DNA of 63,971 nucleotides, the filler included, from Octopus bimaculoides (Eukaryota), in assembly GCF_001194135.2 (NCBI RefSeq). It is 8 parts of 7 records of this genome, joined end to end, with 100 filler letters (N's around TTAATTAATTAA, not from the genome) between each part and the next. Parts side by side here need not be neighbours in the genome. Positions count along the whole stretch, not along the records: positions 36,719 to 41,531 come from NC_068986.1; positions 41,632 to 47,373 come from NC_068985.1; positions 47,474 to 50,130 come from NW_026299319.1; positions 50,231 to 52,594 come from NC_068982.1; 4 more parts are not named here. One strand, written 5' to 3'. Position 1 is the first letter of the stretch. Every line of letters starts with the position of its first letter. The notes under the pieces were generated by a model. It searched no databases, was not told where the DNA came from, and saw nothing but the letters and a program-made list of their open reading frames with translations. Made by a program: the position numbers and the translations under genes. Shown here piece by piece: positions 39,710 through 51,293 of this stretch.

Positions 39710-41192
39710 GCATGCATATATATGTGTGTGTGTATATAAAATGCATATATATATGTATGTATATATGTATATATACATGTATATATATGTATATATATAT
39801 ATATATTTATATATGCGCGTGTAACTATGTATATGTGCATGTATGTGCATGTGTATTTGTGCGTGTATGTATGTGTATGTGTGTGTTTGCCTGCATGTGT
39901 ATGTGTGTGTGCCTATGTACGTGTGTGTGTGTGTATGTGTATTTGGGTGTGTCTGTGTGTGACTATAATTGATAAGATCGTGGATCGCATTTATGTGGTT
40001 TCTAGTGCTAAGAGAGTTCCAAATATTTCGTGGCTAGAGATCTCCAGCCGAGAAACAAAATCCAATATGTTGCTTTAGTATATTCTGACTGTATAGAGGT
40101 ATGGTGATTAAAAAAATATATATATTCGGAATAACTGCTCTCATTTTACACTTCACCGTATACATATATACATACAAACATACATACGTATATATATAAA
40201 TATNNNNNNNNNNNNNNNNNNNNNNNNNNNNNNNNNNNNNNNNNNNNNNNNNNNNNNNNNNNNNNNNNNNNNNNNNNNNNNNNNNNNNNNNNNNNNNNNN
40301 NNNNNNNNNNNNNNNNNNNNNNNNNNNNNNNNNNNNNNNNNNNNNNNNNNNNNNNNNNNNNNNNNNNNNNNNNNNNNNNNNNNNNNNNNNNNNNNNNNNN
40401 NNNNNNNNNNNNNNNNNNNNNNNNNNNNNNNNNNNNNNNNNNNNNNNNNNNNNNNNNNNNNNNNNNNNNNNNNNNNNNNNNNNNNNNNNNNNNNNNNNNN
40501 NNNNNNNNNNNNNNNNNNNNNNNNNNNNNNNNNNNNNNNNNNNNNNNNNNNNNNNNNNNNNNNNNNNNNNNNNNNNNNNNNNNNNNNNNNNNNNNNNNNN
40601 NNNNNNNNNNNNNNNNNNNNNNNNNNNNNNNNNNNNNNNNNNNNNNNNNNNNNNNNNNNNNNNNNNNNNNNNNNNNNNNNNNNNNNNNNNNNNNNNNNNN
40701 NNNNNNNNNNNNNNNNNNNNNNNNNNNNNNNNNNNNNNNNNNNNNNNNNNNNNNNNNNNNNNNNNNNNNNNNNNNNNNNNNNNNNNNNNNNNNNNNNNNN
40801 NNNNNNNNNNNNNNNNNNNNNNNNNNNNNNNNNNNNNNNNNNNNNNNNNNNNNNNNNNNNNNNNNNNNNNNNNNNNNNNNNNNNNNNNNNNNNNNNNNNN
40901 NNNNNNNNNNNNNNNNNNNNNNNNNNNNNNNNNNNNNNNNNNNNNNNNNNNNNNNNNNNNNNNNNNNNNNNNNNNNNNNNNNNNNNNNNNNNNNNNNNNN
41001 NNNNNNNNNNNNNNNNNNNNNNNNNNNNNNNNNNNNNNNNNNNNNNNNNNNNNNNNNNNNNNNNNNNNNNNNNNNNNNNNNNNNNNNNNNNNNNNNNNNN
41101 NNNNNNNNNNNNNNNNNNNNNNNATATATATATATATATACATACATATATATACATGTCTATATATACATACATATATATACATATGTATA

Positions 41193-41245
<53 letters not shown>

Positions 41246-41489
41246 ATGTATGTATGTATGTGTGTGTGTAAGTGTGTGTGAGTTTGTGTGTTTATTTAGT
41301 GTATGCACTAAAAACTTCTAGTAACAAACTTTGAATGCGGTAATAACTACTAAAACAGATATTAATTTACACCTGCCTATGTCTGTGTCAACATTCTTCC
41401 GTATTTTCTATACAATTGAATATTAAATACAGACATGTATTTAATATTGAAATATATACAAATATATAAACACAGACATGCACAGAACG

Positions 41490-41531
<42 letters not shown>

Positions 41532-42194
41532 NNNNNNNNNNNNNNNNNNNNNNNNNNNNNNNNNNNNNNNNNNNNTTAATTAATTAANNNNNNNNNNNNN
41601 NNNNNNNNNNNNNNNNNNNNNNNNNNNNNNNGTATGCGTATGTTTTTGTGCATGCGTGTGTGTGTATGTGTGTGGATGTGCGTGTGGGGGGGATTGTGAT
41701 GTGTGTGGGGTTGTGAGTGTTAGGTACGGGTGCGTGTGTGTGTATGCGCGTGTGTTTATGTGTGTTCGTGTGCGTGTGTATGCGCGTGTGTGTATATTTT
41801 TTGTGCGTGCGTGTCTGTGTATATTGTATATGTTTTCGTGCGTGCGTGTGTGTTGTGTATGTGAGTGAGTATTGTGTATGTGAGAGGTGTGTGTGCGTGT
41901 GTGCTATATATATATATATAAGCATATACACGGATGTGTGTGTAATAGATATACTCTCTACAGTCTATACAACTGCATCGTAAAAATTTGCATAAACTTA
42001 ATCTTCACATGTGCAAGTGACAATGCAGATAAACAAAAAAGTGAGAGTACACATTCAGCTGTCAATGAATTAAATGCAACATGTGAAAATGCGCGCGCGA
42101 GTATATATGTGTGTATGTAGATAGATAGATAGATAGATAAGAGAGGGTTAAAAACAAAACAAGACACATTAAAGAATAAATATTTCCATCACAG

Positions 42195-42274
42195 TAAATT
42201 CCTACGACAGTGGAGAGAGCCGACGTGTGTTCGCTCCACATTACAGATATGACTGGTTGCGGAATCTGGATAAG
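42195..42274 (+). CDS. Candidate 80-nt internal coding exon of an unidentified gene
   Basis: TTTCCATCACAG| ... |GTAACG; single open frame NSYDSGESRRVFAPHYRYDWLRNLDK; unique GC-richer block in AT-rich surroundings. Confidence 0.35.
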
Positions 42275-43084
42275 GTAACGAAAGACCCCTATTATAATAT
42301 ACCTAAGAGACATGCACTGTTTTTTGTTGATAGGTCTGCTTTTATTTTAAGACTGACTTGAGGCTAAATAACAACTAGGCCAATAGAACTGAATAAAGAA
42401 GAAAACTTGAGTAAATCTGTCTTCAGTGGGTGTTTCCCAAGAATGAACTTGTAACTCAATATCAAGTACCCATATTAAGAAAGCTGACAAAAATTTTTTT
42501 GGTGTCATCTGCGAAGTTAACTAAATCACCATCTATCCTCATTTCGCATGATGTCTTCAATATTGTTTACTTTTTTGTAGTTGTATTTGTTTTATTAAAG
42601 CTGTCACGTAAAAACTGAACTTGGAATTCGCCTGTGACACATTACTGGCCATAACTTTTGTCGCTTGTCAGTATTTTATTCATTATTTACTAGTTACCCC
42701 CACCACTACACGCCCGGTTTATGTTTTGAGTTTACTTTTCATACGTTAATCTGAATTATATATGAAGATAGAAGGATATCTATAAGGAATAATTATCAAA
42801 CACATGTAGAGATTTGTTTAAATGAATAAAACTTTAAAAAAAAACTTCCAGTAGATAGATTAAATATATCACAGTTTTGTATGAAGATGTGTTCGGACTG
42901 GCAAGTCTGTATACAAACTTTGTTATAGAGCATCGGCTATTAGACACCTTATATAAATACACATACATGTACTTGAATTAATGTTAACTCACACAGCCAC
43001 TATCGATAAGCAAGTTAACTGGGGGTTTTTTTTAATTGTACGGCTTTGTTTTGCTGCATAAACAATTGAAATTGAGACATCTTC

Positions 43085-43149
43085 ACTTACCATTGTGGTA
43101 GCGGTTGTTGATAAAAGTTCCTCCTTGAAAACATCAAATGTCACGTGAC
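43085..43149 (-). promoter_or_regulatory. Candidate promoter/first exon: GTCACGTGAC palindrome ~50 nt upstream of ACAATG|GTAAGT
   Basis: Perfect 10-bp E-box palindrome at 43140-43149; ATG at 43093-43091 followed by consensus donor GTAAGT at 43090-43085. Confidence 0.35.
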
Positions 43150-43539
43150 CAAACACGGATACGGAAATGTGATTTAATTTACACGGTGAACGATAGAAAG
43201 AAACGAAATATCTAATATGAGAAGTATGGAAGTACAAAACGGTCAGAATCAGTACAAGAATGTCAATGCAAATGAATTTATGTGTATTGAAACCGAAATA
43301 ATTACATCATGAGATGAGTCATAATAGTTGTCTTGTACTTACATATATACACTATGAAAAGTTTTTATTTTCAACTGACACAATAATTACATATATAACA
43401 CGTACGTATATGATACATAAATAATACAAAATCACATTAAAACACAAATCTAAAACCAAAAGAAACACAAATATGAGCAAAGAAAAAAAAAGAAACAAAG
43501 GAAGAAGGAAAAGAAAGAAAAGGAAACATCAATTCAACA

Positions 43540-44460
43540 TCAAGTGCCTCAACTGGTCGCACACCACAAGTTTCGACAGAACCTACTGAAGCAAGCCAGT
43601 ACGCTCGCAACATTACCACGAGGAATGGCGAGGCCCGGGCCTTGGAACAGCCAAGCACCTTCACGTGTATCGTCTGGCAGCCGTCAATGATGACAAGAAC
43701 TTCGCTGTCAGCAGCCCAGTCTCTCCAAAACGTCTAGAACAGGCTGGAAGAAATGGTTCATTGACAAGTCACTATACTTAAGGATTTTGTTCCTTTCGGC
43801 TACGGAAGCAGTGATCTTCCCATTTATCGCAGCATCCACGATGTGGAAGGGAGCAAAGGAGTCACAGACTGTGGATTCCCAGATGAGGGGCTCTTACCCA
43901 AGGACAAAGAGTAAGACCATCTAGTCTCTTCCCATCACTTCTGGATAACCCTGCCAGCTCCAGACCTTAATAATTAAGTTTAGCTCGGTGTGAGGAGCGA
44001 AACAACCAGCATTTAAGCGGTAAGACAAACCATGAAAGCCTGTGGAGTCGAGGGTCTACCACAGGGACATCTCAGAGCCCCACAGACGTCGGCTCCTACT
44101 CCGAGTGCAATGGAGATGTGGAGTTCATCCCGATTGAGCAGACCTCCAATGTTGGTCACAGGCAGGGCATCAATCCAGTCCCACGAAAATTTCGCACTTA
44201 CAGAAAGTAGACGATATCTTGAAAATTGATCAGATTGATCAAAGAGATAGTTGAAAATAGCACCTGAGTGCACATTGTCCTATATTCTCTGCTTCCGTCT
44301 ATCCGCAGGTGTATTAGAAACTGACAAACCCAGCTATCTCCAGTATAGCAGAGCTTCATCCATCTCCCTGTCAGAACTAGTCCATGTTGGAAAAGAGAGG
44401 CTGTTGCCGACCAAAGGGGAACAAGCGTGACACTATTATTATGTATGTACGAACCAGGAT
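43540..44460 (-). mobile_element. CRE-clade (RLE) non-LTR retrotransposon 3' fragment, pseudogenised
   Basis: RYRLLSVSAKFSWDWIDALP...IALGVGADVC...RCPCG...HGLS...SRSDGKRLDGLTLCPW...SLIWESTVCDSFA...NKILKYSDL...RGNVASV: zinc knuckle plus PD-(D/E)xK-type endonuclease relic. Confidence 0.8.
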
Positions 44461-44599
44461 ACAATTACACCCCATATTCAGGCCAAACAGAAAAAAAAAA
44501 TTCGGAAAATAAAAAGTTAGACACAGAAAATGTTAACAAAATAACAATAGTGACAATTTAATTGCCAATTAATAGTCAATCAAGATTTTTGAGAGGTAC

Positions 44600-45460
44600 G
44601 ATCTTCTTAAATTTGTCCTCTGCTGTCAAGTGCTCACAGCTCTACCAATCGGGCAGAACAATCGGTGGAAATTCACATTGGCATTTCATAGAGGGCTAGT
44701 GGCGGGCAAAAAGATGACGTTCTCAGGATAACTGAACGTCAATGAAAACCAACTGGTTAATTTGTCCCAGAGGATTTTAGGGCCGGTACCCATGGATAAT
44801 TTTTAGAAATCTCTGGCCTGGTGGTACTACCTGGGAACATCACTAGTTCAAGATAATCTTCACCGGCACAGAATTTCAGTAAGCCGAGTCTGTCCGAGAT
44901 GCTTGCAGAGCGACAAAACTCTTCTGCATACACTTGTCCAGTGACCAAGGAATGCTGACTTGTGGAGTTATGTCGAACACCTGTTGTCACGTGTGTATGT
45001 GTGGGGGGATCTGGTTATCAACTAAGTCTACTGTGAATATTATCCCGTTACCTTCCTTTGGTCGGGAAGGACAGACAGATTTTATCTACCTGATGGCTTC
45101 GGCGAAAGAGGTTGCTTGGTGGACCAAATTGAAAGGGCTGAATGCACTATTTCCCCTTTTACCAAGCCCTTATCAGCATTTTCAAGTTTATTTTGAAAAG
45201 GAAAGTGAAGGTGAAGGAGGAAATGCTGCCTCCAAGTAAAATTTGTTGAAAGGTGAATGAAAGTGGAGAGCATGGTCCGAATGAATGTCTGGGTGTAAGC
45301 ATGCACGTGTAGACTGGAGGAGGACAACTGGGAGCGAGTACTTTCCTTGGTAGTCAGGGTGACCTTGATTTTATAAGGTTTGCCGTCAGAAGTCTCGCCC
45401 CTTTTTGAAGAACTATCCATTGTTTGATTTTTTTTTGTCTTTGCTTCTGTTATTTTACTA
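44600..45460 (+). mobile_element. Tx1/L1-clade LINE 3' fragment, pseudogenised
   Basis: MDNF*KSLAW...VQDNLHRH..SRVCPRCLQSDKTLLHTLVQ*P...LWSYVEHLLSRV...AKEVAWWTKLKGL; homologous to 54382-54795. Confidence 0.8.
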
Positions 45461-45602
45461 TTTAAACGATTTTATATAATCCAACATTGTATTGTCCTAT
45501 ACCGTCCCTCTCCCAATGGTGGTTAATAAGGAAAAGATTATTATTAATATTAGTTCAGATTATACCTCAATCACTTTGTCTTTCCTCTTCTTCGCGATCA
45601 CT

Positions 45603-45672
45603 AAGGTAGTACCAGTTAAACACTTGGATCAATGTAATCGGCTAATCACCTTCCCTTAAAATTGCTGGCCTT
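45603..45672 (+). mobile_element. SINE A 3' fragment
   Basis: AGTACCAGTTAAACACTTGGATCAATGTAATCG...AAAATTGCTGGCCTT. Confidence 0.6.
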
Positions 45673-46375
45673 ATACTCTCCACTCCACCCCCAAAATATA
45701 ATACTATTCTGCTTGTTCCTGCGTTCCGGCCTGTTTAGAAAGGAGACAAAGAAAGAAGCGAAACGGGATTAACTGAATCAGTGAAAAAATAGAAAAGAAA
45801 ACACTAAAGAGAGAGAGAGGGGGGGGGGGATATATGTTATTGGAGAGAGTGAGAGAAGGGAAAAGGTCTATATTATTCTACATCAGTGTGTTAAAACCGC
45901 AGGCACAATCGAAATGTTAAACATAATGAAACAATGTCTAGCGTGGATAATGTTGACATCATTTTATTAATTGAACTGATTCATTGATCCAATAACTATG
46001 ACATACCTCTGTGCCGTAAATAACAACAACACACGTTCTGTGCACATAACTTCACTTCAAAGTTTTATTCAGACACGTGACAAACGAACGCGGGCAATGA
46101 GTATACAATGTTCAATAAAGATTACTGGGAAGAAAAAAGGTTTTTTGAACAACTTGCCATGTTCCATGATAACTTTGAATAAATAGAAGTAAATCAAGCT
46201 ACGAGATTTTATTTCCTCGGGCACTCGACGTAGAATACCATGACGAGCTACTGATAGGAAATCAGATGTCGAATTCATGTGCCTGGCTCTCTCGTGGCCG
46301 CAGTGGACCTTGTCGCGTCTCGAAGAAGCAGTTTGAGAAGAGAGACTGATCTGAGCGGGAATGCACGCTTAAATA

Positions 46376-46510
46376 GGCTCCTTAGCGAAGGCATTGTTTT
46401 CAGTCGTGTTTGTTTGTTCGTGAACAAGGTATCTCAAGAATCGCTGGTTAGATTTTGGAATCGATCTGGTACCGGACAAGGATTCTGGATCATTTGTTAT
46501 ATCTACTTTA
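46376..46510 (-). mobile_element. Decayed, internally deleted HINE-like copy
   Basis: CTTAGCGAAGGCATTGTTTTCAGTCGTGTTTG...GATATCTCAAGAA-like segment...GGAATCGATCTGGTACCGGACAAGGATTCTGGAT, matching the 12796 copy. Confidence 0.6.
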
Positions 46511-47473
46511 CTTTACTTGATTACAATCTTACGCTCACTTTCAAGTCTTACAAGTCTTTCTCAATTATCTCCCTTTAGGCTGTTTCCAAAGTTTTATTTT
46601 CGTTTCTCTATTATTAATTTTACTCGCGTCTCTGTCTTAGTAGAAACTGGTAGATAAAGAAATCAAACTACATAAACAAACGGCAACAAAACCGTTCAGA
46701 AATTAAATAACACTAACATATTTTTATAATATATATATTATATATTGTACATACATATTAACACTTTACAATATACTTGCATATATACATACATCTATTC
46801 ATCGATCTAAAACAACAAGAATACTAAAGGAAGGCTGGAGTTTAAGAGAAGAGAAATCCAAAAGGTCTCATGCTATTCATTTAAAAATTCCTGAGTAGAA
46901 CTTATTGCCTCCGCCTTTGAAATTATTTTGAATTGTGAATTTGTTAACTTTGGCTTGTATTAGATAAGGATAAACTATCTATTACTGTTACTAAATTTTC
47001 TATATTCCCCTTCATTATCTATGACCACCTTTGGGATCGATCAGTTACTGAACAATTGATCCGCCCGGAGTAGCGGTGATGTTCGACGAGCTGCCACCAG
47101 TGATCGAACTCAGGGATTTGGAACCGTTTATGAGGTATTAAAAAAAAAATTTTAAAAAATCTAAGAAAAAAAAGAACGAAAAAAAGTAAGTGTTTTTTTG
47201 TTATAAATATAATTTTAAAAAAAGAGAGAAAAGACAGATAATTAAGAATTACACAGAAAAAGTGAACGATGGTAAATTGTTTATATAAACGATTCAAATG
47301 GTACTACATGGTTATGGGGCCCATGCAGCCATTTCATTTCTTCATTATATAACATCTCATTGTCATTCGGTTTNNNNNNNNNNNNNNNNNNNNNNNNNNN
47401 NNNNNNNNNNNNNNNNNTTAATTAATTAANNNNNNNNNNNNNNNNNNNNNNNNNNNNNNNNNNNNNNNNNNNN

Positions 47474-47935
47474 GTATAAAGAGAGGACGATTGCTGAAAA
47501 CCGAAGGCGTGTGTCTCAACAGGGAAAGGAGATGAGACTTTCTCAGGGTCAGCAGATGCATGCTGCAGCACGTCAAATGGAGTCTCAAGAGAGAAAAGAG
47601 ATGAGATTTTCCCAATATCAGCTATGGCATGCTGCAATACTTAATGCTGAGTCATTAGAACAATGTTTAGCACGCTATATTAAACAGATGTCCAATACAA
47701 TAGCTCTCAGAAATAGACCACAGGCAAATTCGTTCTTCACAACACCAGGAGCTGCTTTCAGATATGATCCATCCCAGCCTTATAAAAACGATAATTCTGT
47801 ACAAATTGGTGTGCTACACTCAAATTGTCGTTTCTGCAAAGCTTTCAAATTTCCAAATGAAACTAGTGGCATGTGCTGCTCAGGTGGTAAGGTAAGATTG
47901 CCAGCACTACCAGCTCCTCTTCAACCTCTTTCGAC
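47474..47935 (+). mobile_element. Helitron Rep/Helicase N-terminal fragment
   Basis: AFRYDP...VQIG...CRFCKAFKFPNETSGMCCSGGKVRLPALPAPLQPL (typical Helitron N-terminal Cys motif), preceded by KEMR(L/F)SQ repeats. Confidence 0.8.
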
Positions 47936-48319
47936 AGTTCACTTCCCCGTCACCGTCTCCCATTACAGCCCATTTCTAGAATGTACCCATTTACGTACAA
48001 TATCTCCATTACACCTCCATTCATTTGACTGTTAACCATACGATGTGTCGTGTTACACGCAGCGCTGACCACCTCAAAGGCGAGTTTTTCCACTGACAAC
48101 TTTTCGGTGGGTTCAAAAATTACACACCCCCACCCCAGTTTTCCACACTAGGTTAGAGCATGGAATCCTCCAAACGGATGTATTACATGTCGATTAGTCG
48201 AATTAGACCATCATTTACTCTACAAATGTTTTGTCGTCAATGTTGCACTTTCCCGTATCACCTGTTTCAACATAATTGTAATATATATAAACAAACTATA
48301 CCATTTTAATCCTGAGCAT

Positions 48320-48705
48320 ATATGTGTGTGTGAGAGAGAGAGCGGAGGTATTTGAGCCGTGCAGGCCTGATGAGCCATCAAAATTCTCATAGAAATCGAC
48401 CCACGATATACAATGATGTGGCTATTTAAATTCAAAACAGAATGTGTGTAAAATGTGGAAGGGTGTGCCTCTCAGTTGGAGGTCTAAAAAGACATGTTAA
48501 GAGAGTGCATATGGTGGCACCTGTTTCTCCTGCCAGCCAGCACAGTTGTCCAGTATGCAATAAAATGTGTAAGAGCTTGGCCAGGCTTAAAAGTCATATA
48601 AGGGCATCACATGGCAACAATCATGAATCATTTCAGTAAGTCTTCTTGGCAATGGCTTTTCTCGTGTTTTCTCGTGTAACGAGGATGCAGCTGCGAGATA
48701 GATAT
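48320..48705 (+). mobile_element. Probable RTE-like LINE 3' end with three C2H2 fingers (first decayed)
   Basis: SRAGLMSHQNSH; CVKCGRVCLSVGGLKRHVKRVH; CPVCNKMCKSLARLKSHIRASH; short 3' UTR (CTCGTGTAACGAG) then (TA)n; no TGEKP linkers. Confidence 0.55.
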
Positions 48706-49138
48706 ATATATATATANNNNNNNNNNNNNNNNNNNNNNNNNNNNNNNNNNNNNNNNNNNNNNNNNNNNNNNNNNNNNNNNNNNNNNNNNNNNNNNNNNNN
48801 NNNNNNNNNNNNNNNNNNNNNNNNNNNNNNNNNNNNNNNNNNNNNNNNNNNNNNNNNNNNNNNNNNNNNNNNNNNNNNNNNNNNNNNNNNNNNNNNNNNN
48901 NNNNNNNNNNNNNNNNNNNNNNNNNNNNNNNNNNNNNNNNNNNNNNNNNNNNNNNNNNNNNNNNNNNNNNNNNNNNNNNNNNNNNNNNNNNNNNNNNNNN
49001 NNNNNNNNNNNNNNNNNNNNNNNNNNNNNNNNNNNNNNNNNNNNNNNNNNNNNNNNNNNNNNNNNNNNNNNNNNNNNNNNNNNNNNNNNNNNNNNNNNNN
49101 NNNNNNNNNNNNNNATATACATGCATACATACATTGTG

Positions 49139-49297
49139 AAGGCGCGTGGCTTAGTGGTAAGTGTAGTCGGCTCACGATCGTGAGTTCGATTCCCGGCGAC
49201 GCGTTGTGTCCTTGAGCAACACACTTTATTTCACGTTGCTCCAGTTCACTCAACTGGCAAAAATGAGTAGTACCTGTATTTCAAAGAGCCAGCCTGT
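49139..49297 (+). mobile_element. SINE family D 5' part
   Basis: GGCGCGTGGCTTAGTGGTAAG...GAGTTCGATTCCC...GTGTCCTTGAGCAACACACTTTATTTCACG...TTCAAAGAGCCAGCC. Confidence 0.8.
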
Positions 49298-49299
49298 CT

Positions 49300-49371
<72 letters not shown>

Positions 49372-49814
49372 ATATGCATGAAGTAACCAGCGTGTTATTC
49401 TTTGTACAAAAACACCGCAGTACCAGATTTTTTCTTTTTCTTTTTTAGTTATTCTTTTTCTTTTTCTTTTTTTTTTTAGTTATTGTTATCAAGCTTAAAA
49501 TTGCGTTGCGTGATTCAGTCTTTGCTTCATGAAGACATCTTTAGAATTCTTTGATAATTTCAACCGAAATAGCTGATTTCTACGAGAAGTATTGATCTTG
49601 TAGTGGATCAGTCATGTTGACCTGACTTCGACAATAAATGTGTGTTATTATTTCTGACAATCGATAAAAGGAATTGAACTAACATCGATGAATTTAGTTT
49701 CTGCAAGAAACCTATCACAGAACAATAAAGTTAGTGTTGCGAGTTAAAGTGGACGTCTCTGAAGAATATGTATGTGTGTGTGTGTGTGTGCATGTGTGTG
49801 TGTGTGTGTGCGTG

Positions 49815-50130
49815 TGGAGGCGCAATGGCTCAGTGGTTAGGGCAGCGAACTCGCGGTCGTAGGATCGCAGTTTCGATTCCCAGACCGGGCGCTGTGAGTA
49901 TTTATTGAACGAAAACACCTAAAGCTCCATGAGGCTCCGACAGGGGTGGGGGGTGGCGAACCCTGCTGTACTCTTTCACCACAACTTTCTCTCTCACTCT
50001 TTCTTCCTGTTTCTGTTGTGCCTGTAATTCAAAAGGGTCAGCCTTGTCACACTCTGTGTCACGCTGAATATCCCCGAGAACTACGTTAAGGGTATAAGTG
50101 TCTGTGGAGTGCTCAGCCACATGCACGTTA
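49815..50130 (+). mobile_element. SINE family C
   Basis: Colinear with 17773-18112; ends at gap. Confidence 0.9.
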
Positions 50131-50285
50131 NNNNNNNNNNNNNNNNNNNNNNNNNNNNNNNNNNNNNNNNNNNNTTAATTAATTAANNNNNNNNNNNNNN
50201 NNNNNNNNNNNNNNNNNNNNNNNNNNNNNNTATATATGTGTGTGTGTGTACTACATACATGTATATATATACTACATACATGTAC

Positions 50286-50652
50286 AGGTGCAAAGGCCCA
50301 GTAGTCAGGGCAGTAGACTCGCGGTCTTAGGATCGCGTTTTCGATTCTCAGGCCGGACGTTGTGAGCATTTATTGAGTGAAAACACCTAAAGGTCCACGA
50401 GGCTTCGGCTGAGGGGTGGTAGCGAATCCTGTTGTACTCTTTCACCACAACTTTCTCTCACTCTGTTTACCTGTTTCTGTTATACCTGTATTTCAAAAGA
50501 GCCAGCCTTGTCACATTCTGTGTCACGCTGAATCTCCCCGAGAGCTACGTATCTGTAGCGTACTCAGCCACATGAACGTTAATTTCAAGAGCAGGCTGTT
50601 CCGTTGGTCGGATCAACTGGAACCTTCGTCGTCGTAACCGACAGAATACCAC
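50286..50652 (+). mobile_element. SINE family C, full length, (CTAT)n tail region
   Basis: Ends GGATCAACTGGAACCTTCGTCGTCGTAACCGACAGAATACCA. Confidence 0.85.
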
Positions 50653-50663
50653 GATATCCATCC

Positions 50664-50729
<66 letters not shown>

Positions 50730-50734
50730 ATTAA

Positions 50735-50765
<31 letters not shown>

Positions 50766-50884
50766 CATCAACTGTTTCTTCTTCCTAGTTATGTAGAGTC
50801 GCTCAAACATTTCTAAAAAAAAAGACACGTGTACCGTTATCTATCTCCATAGACACGTGTACCTTTATGTATGTATGTATGTAC

Positions 50885-51148
50885 ACTATTTTGGCATTGA
50901 AAGCTGCACAAATTCCAGAATGGGTCGCCACTGCCCAAGGCCAAAGATCCCAACAATGCCGTCGCGCTTCACGATCGGTTACTGCAACAGCCTGGGTTTC
51001 GAAGACGTACAAATTATTAATATTCTCCCAAAGAGCCTGAGGGACCTACACGAAGTGGATGTAGGTATATTCAGAACAAACCTGGATCTCTTCCTATCGA
51101 AAATCTCAGACGAACCTACCTCGCGGCAGGAGGTGCAAATTAGGGCAG
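50885..51148 (+). mobile_element. CR1-like LINE 3' terminal fragment
   Basis: GRHCPRPKIP...YCNSLGF....INILPKSLRDL...FRTNLDLFLSKISDEP: typical RT C-terminal (NxLP...FKxxLDxFL..PDEP) motif. Confidence 0.75.
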
Positions 51149-51293
51149 TGTTATATATATATATATATATATATATATATNNNNNNNNNNNNNNNNNNNN
51201 NNNNNNNNNNNNNNNNNNNNNNNNNNNNNNNNNNNNNNNNNNNNNNNNNNNNNNNNNNNNNNNNNNNNNNNNNNNNNNNNNNNTATATACTCA

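Noticed and set aside
45082-45420. Minus-strand 112-aa ORF (MDSSSKRGETSDGKPYK...)
   Set aside because: Antisense shadow of the + strand Tx1/L1 C-terminus and 3' UTR.
48360-48400. CTGATGAG...GAAAT and the CTGATGA at 53445 (RT YADD codons)
   Set aside because: No stem II pairing; both are explained by protein-coding TE sequence.
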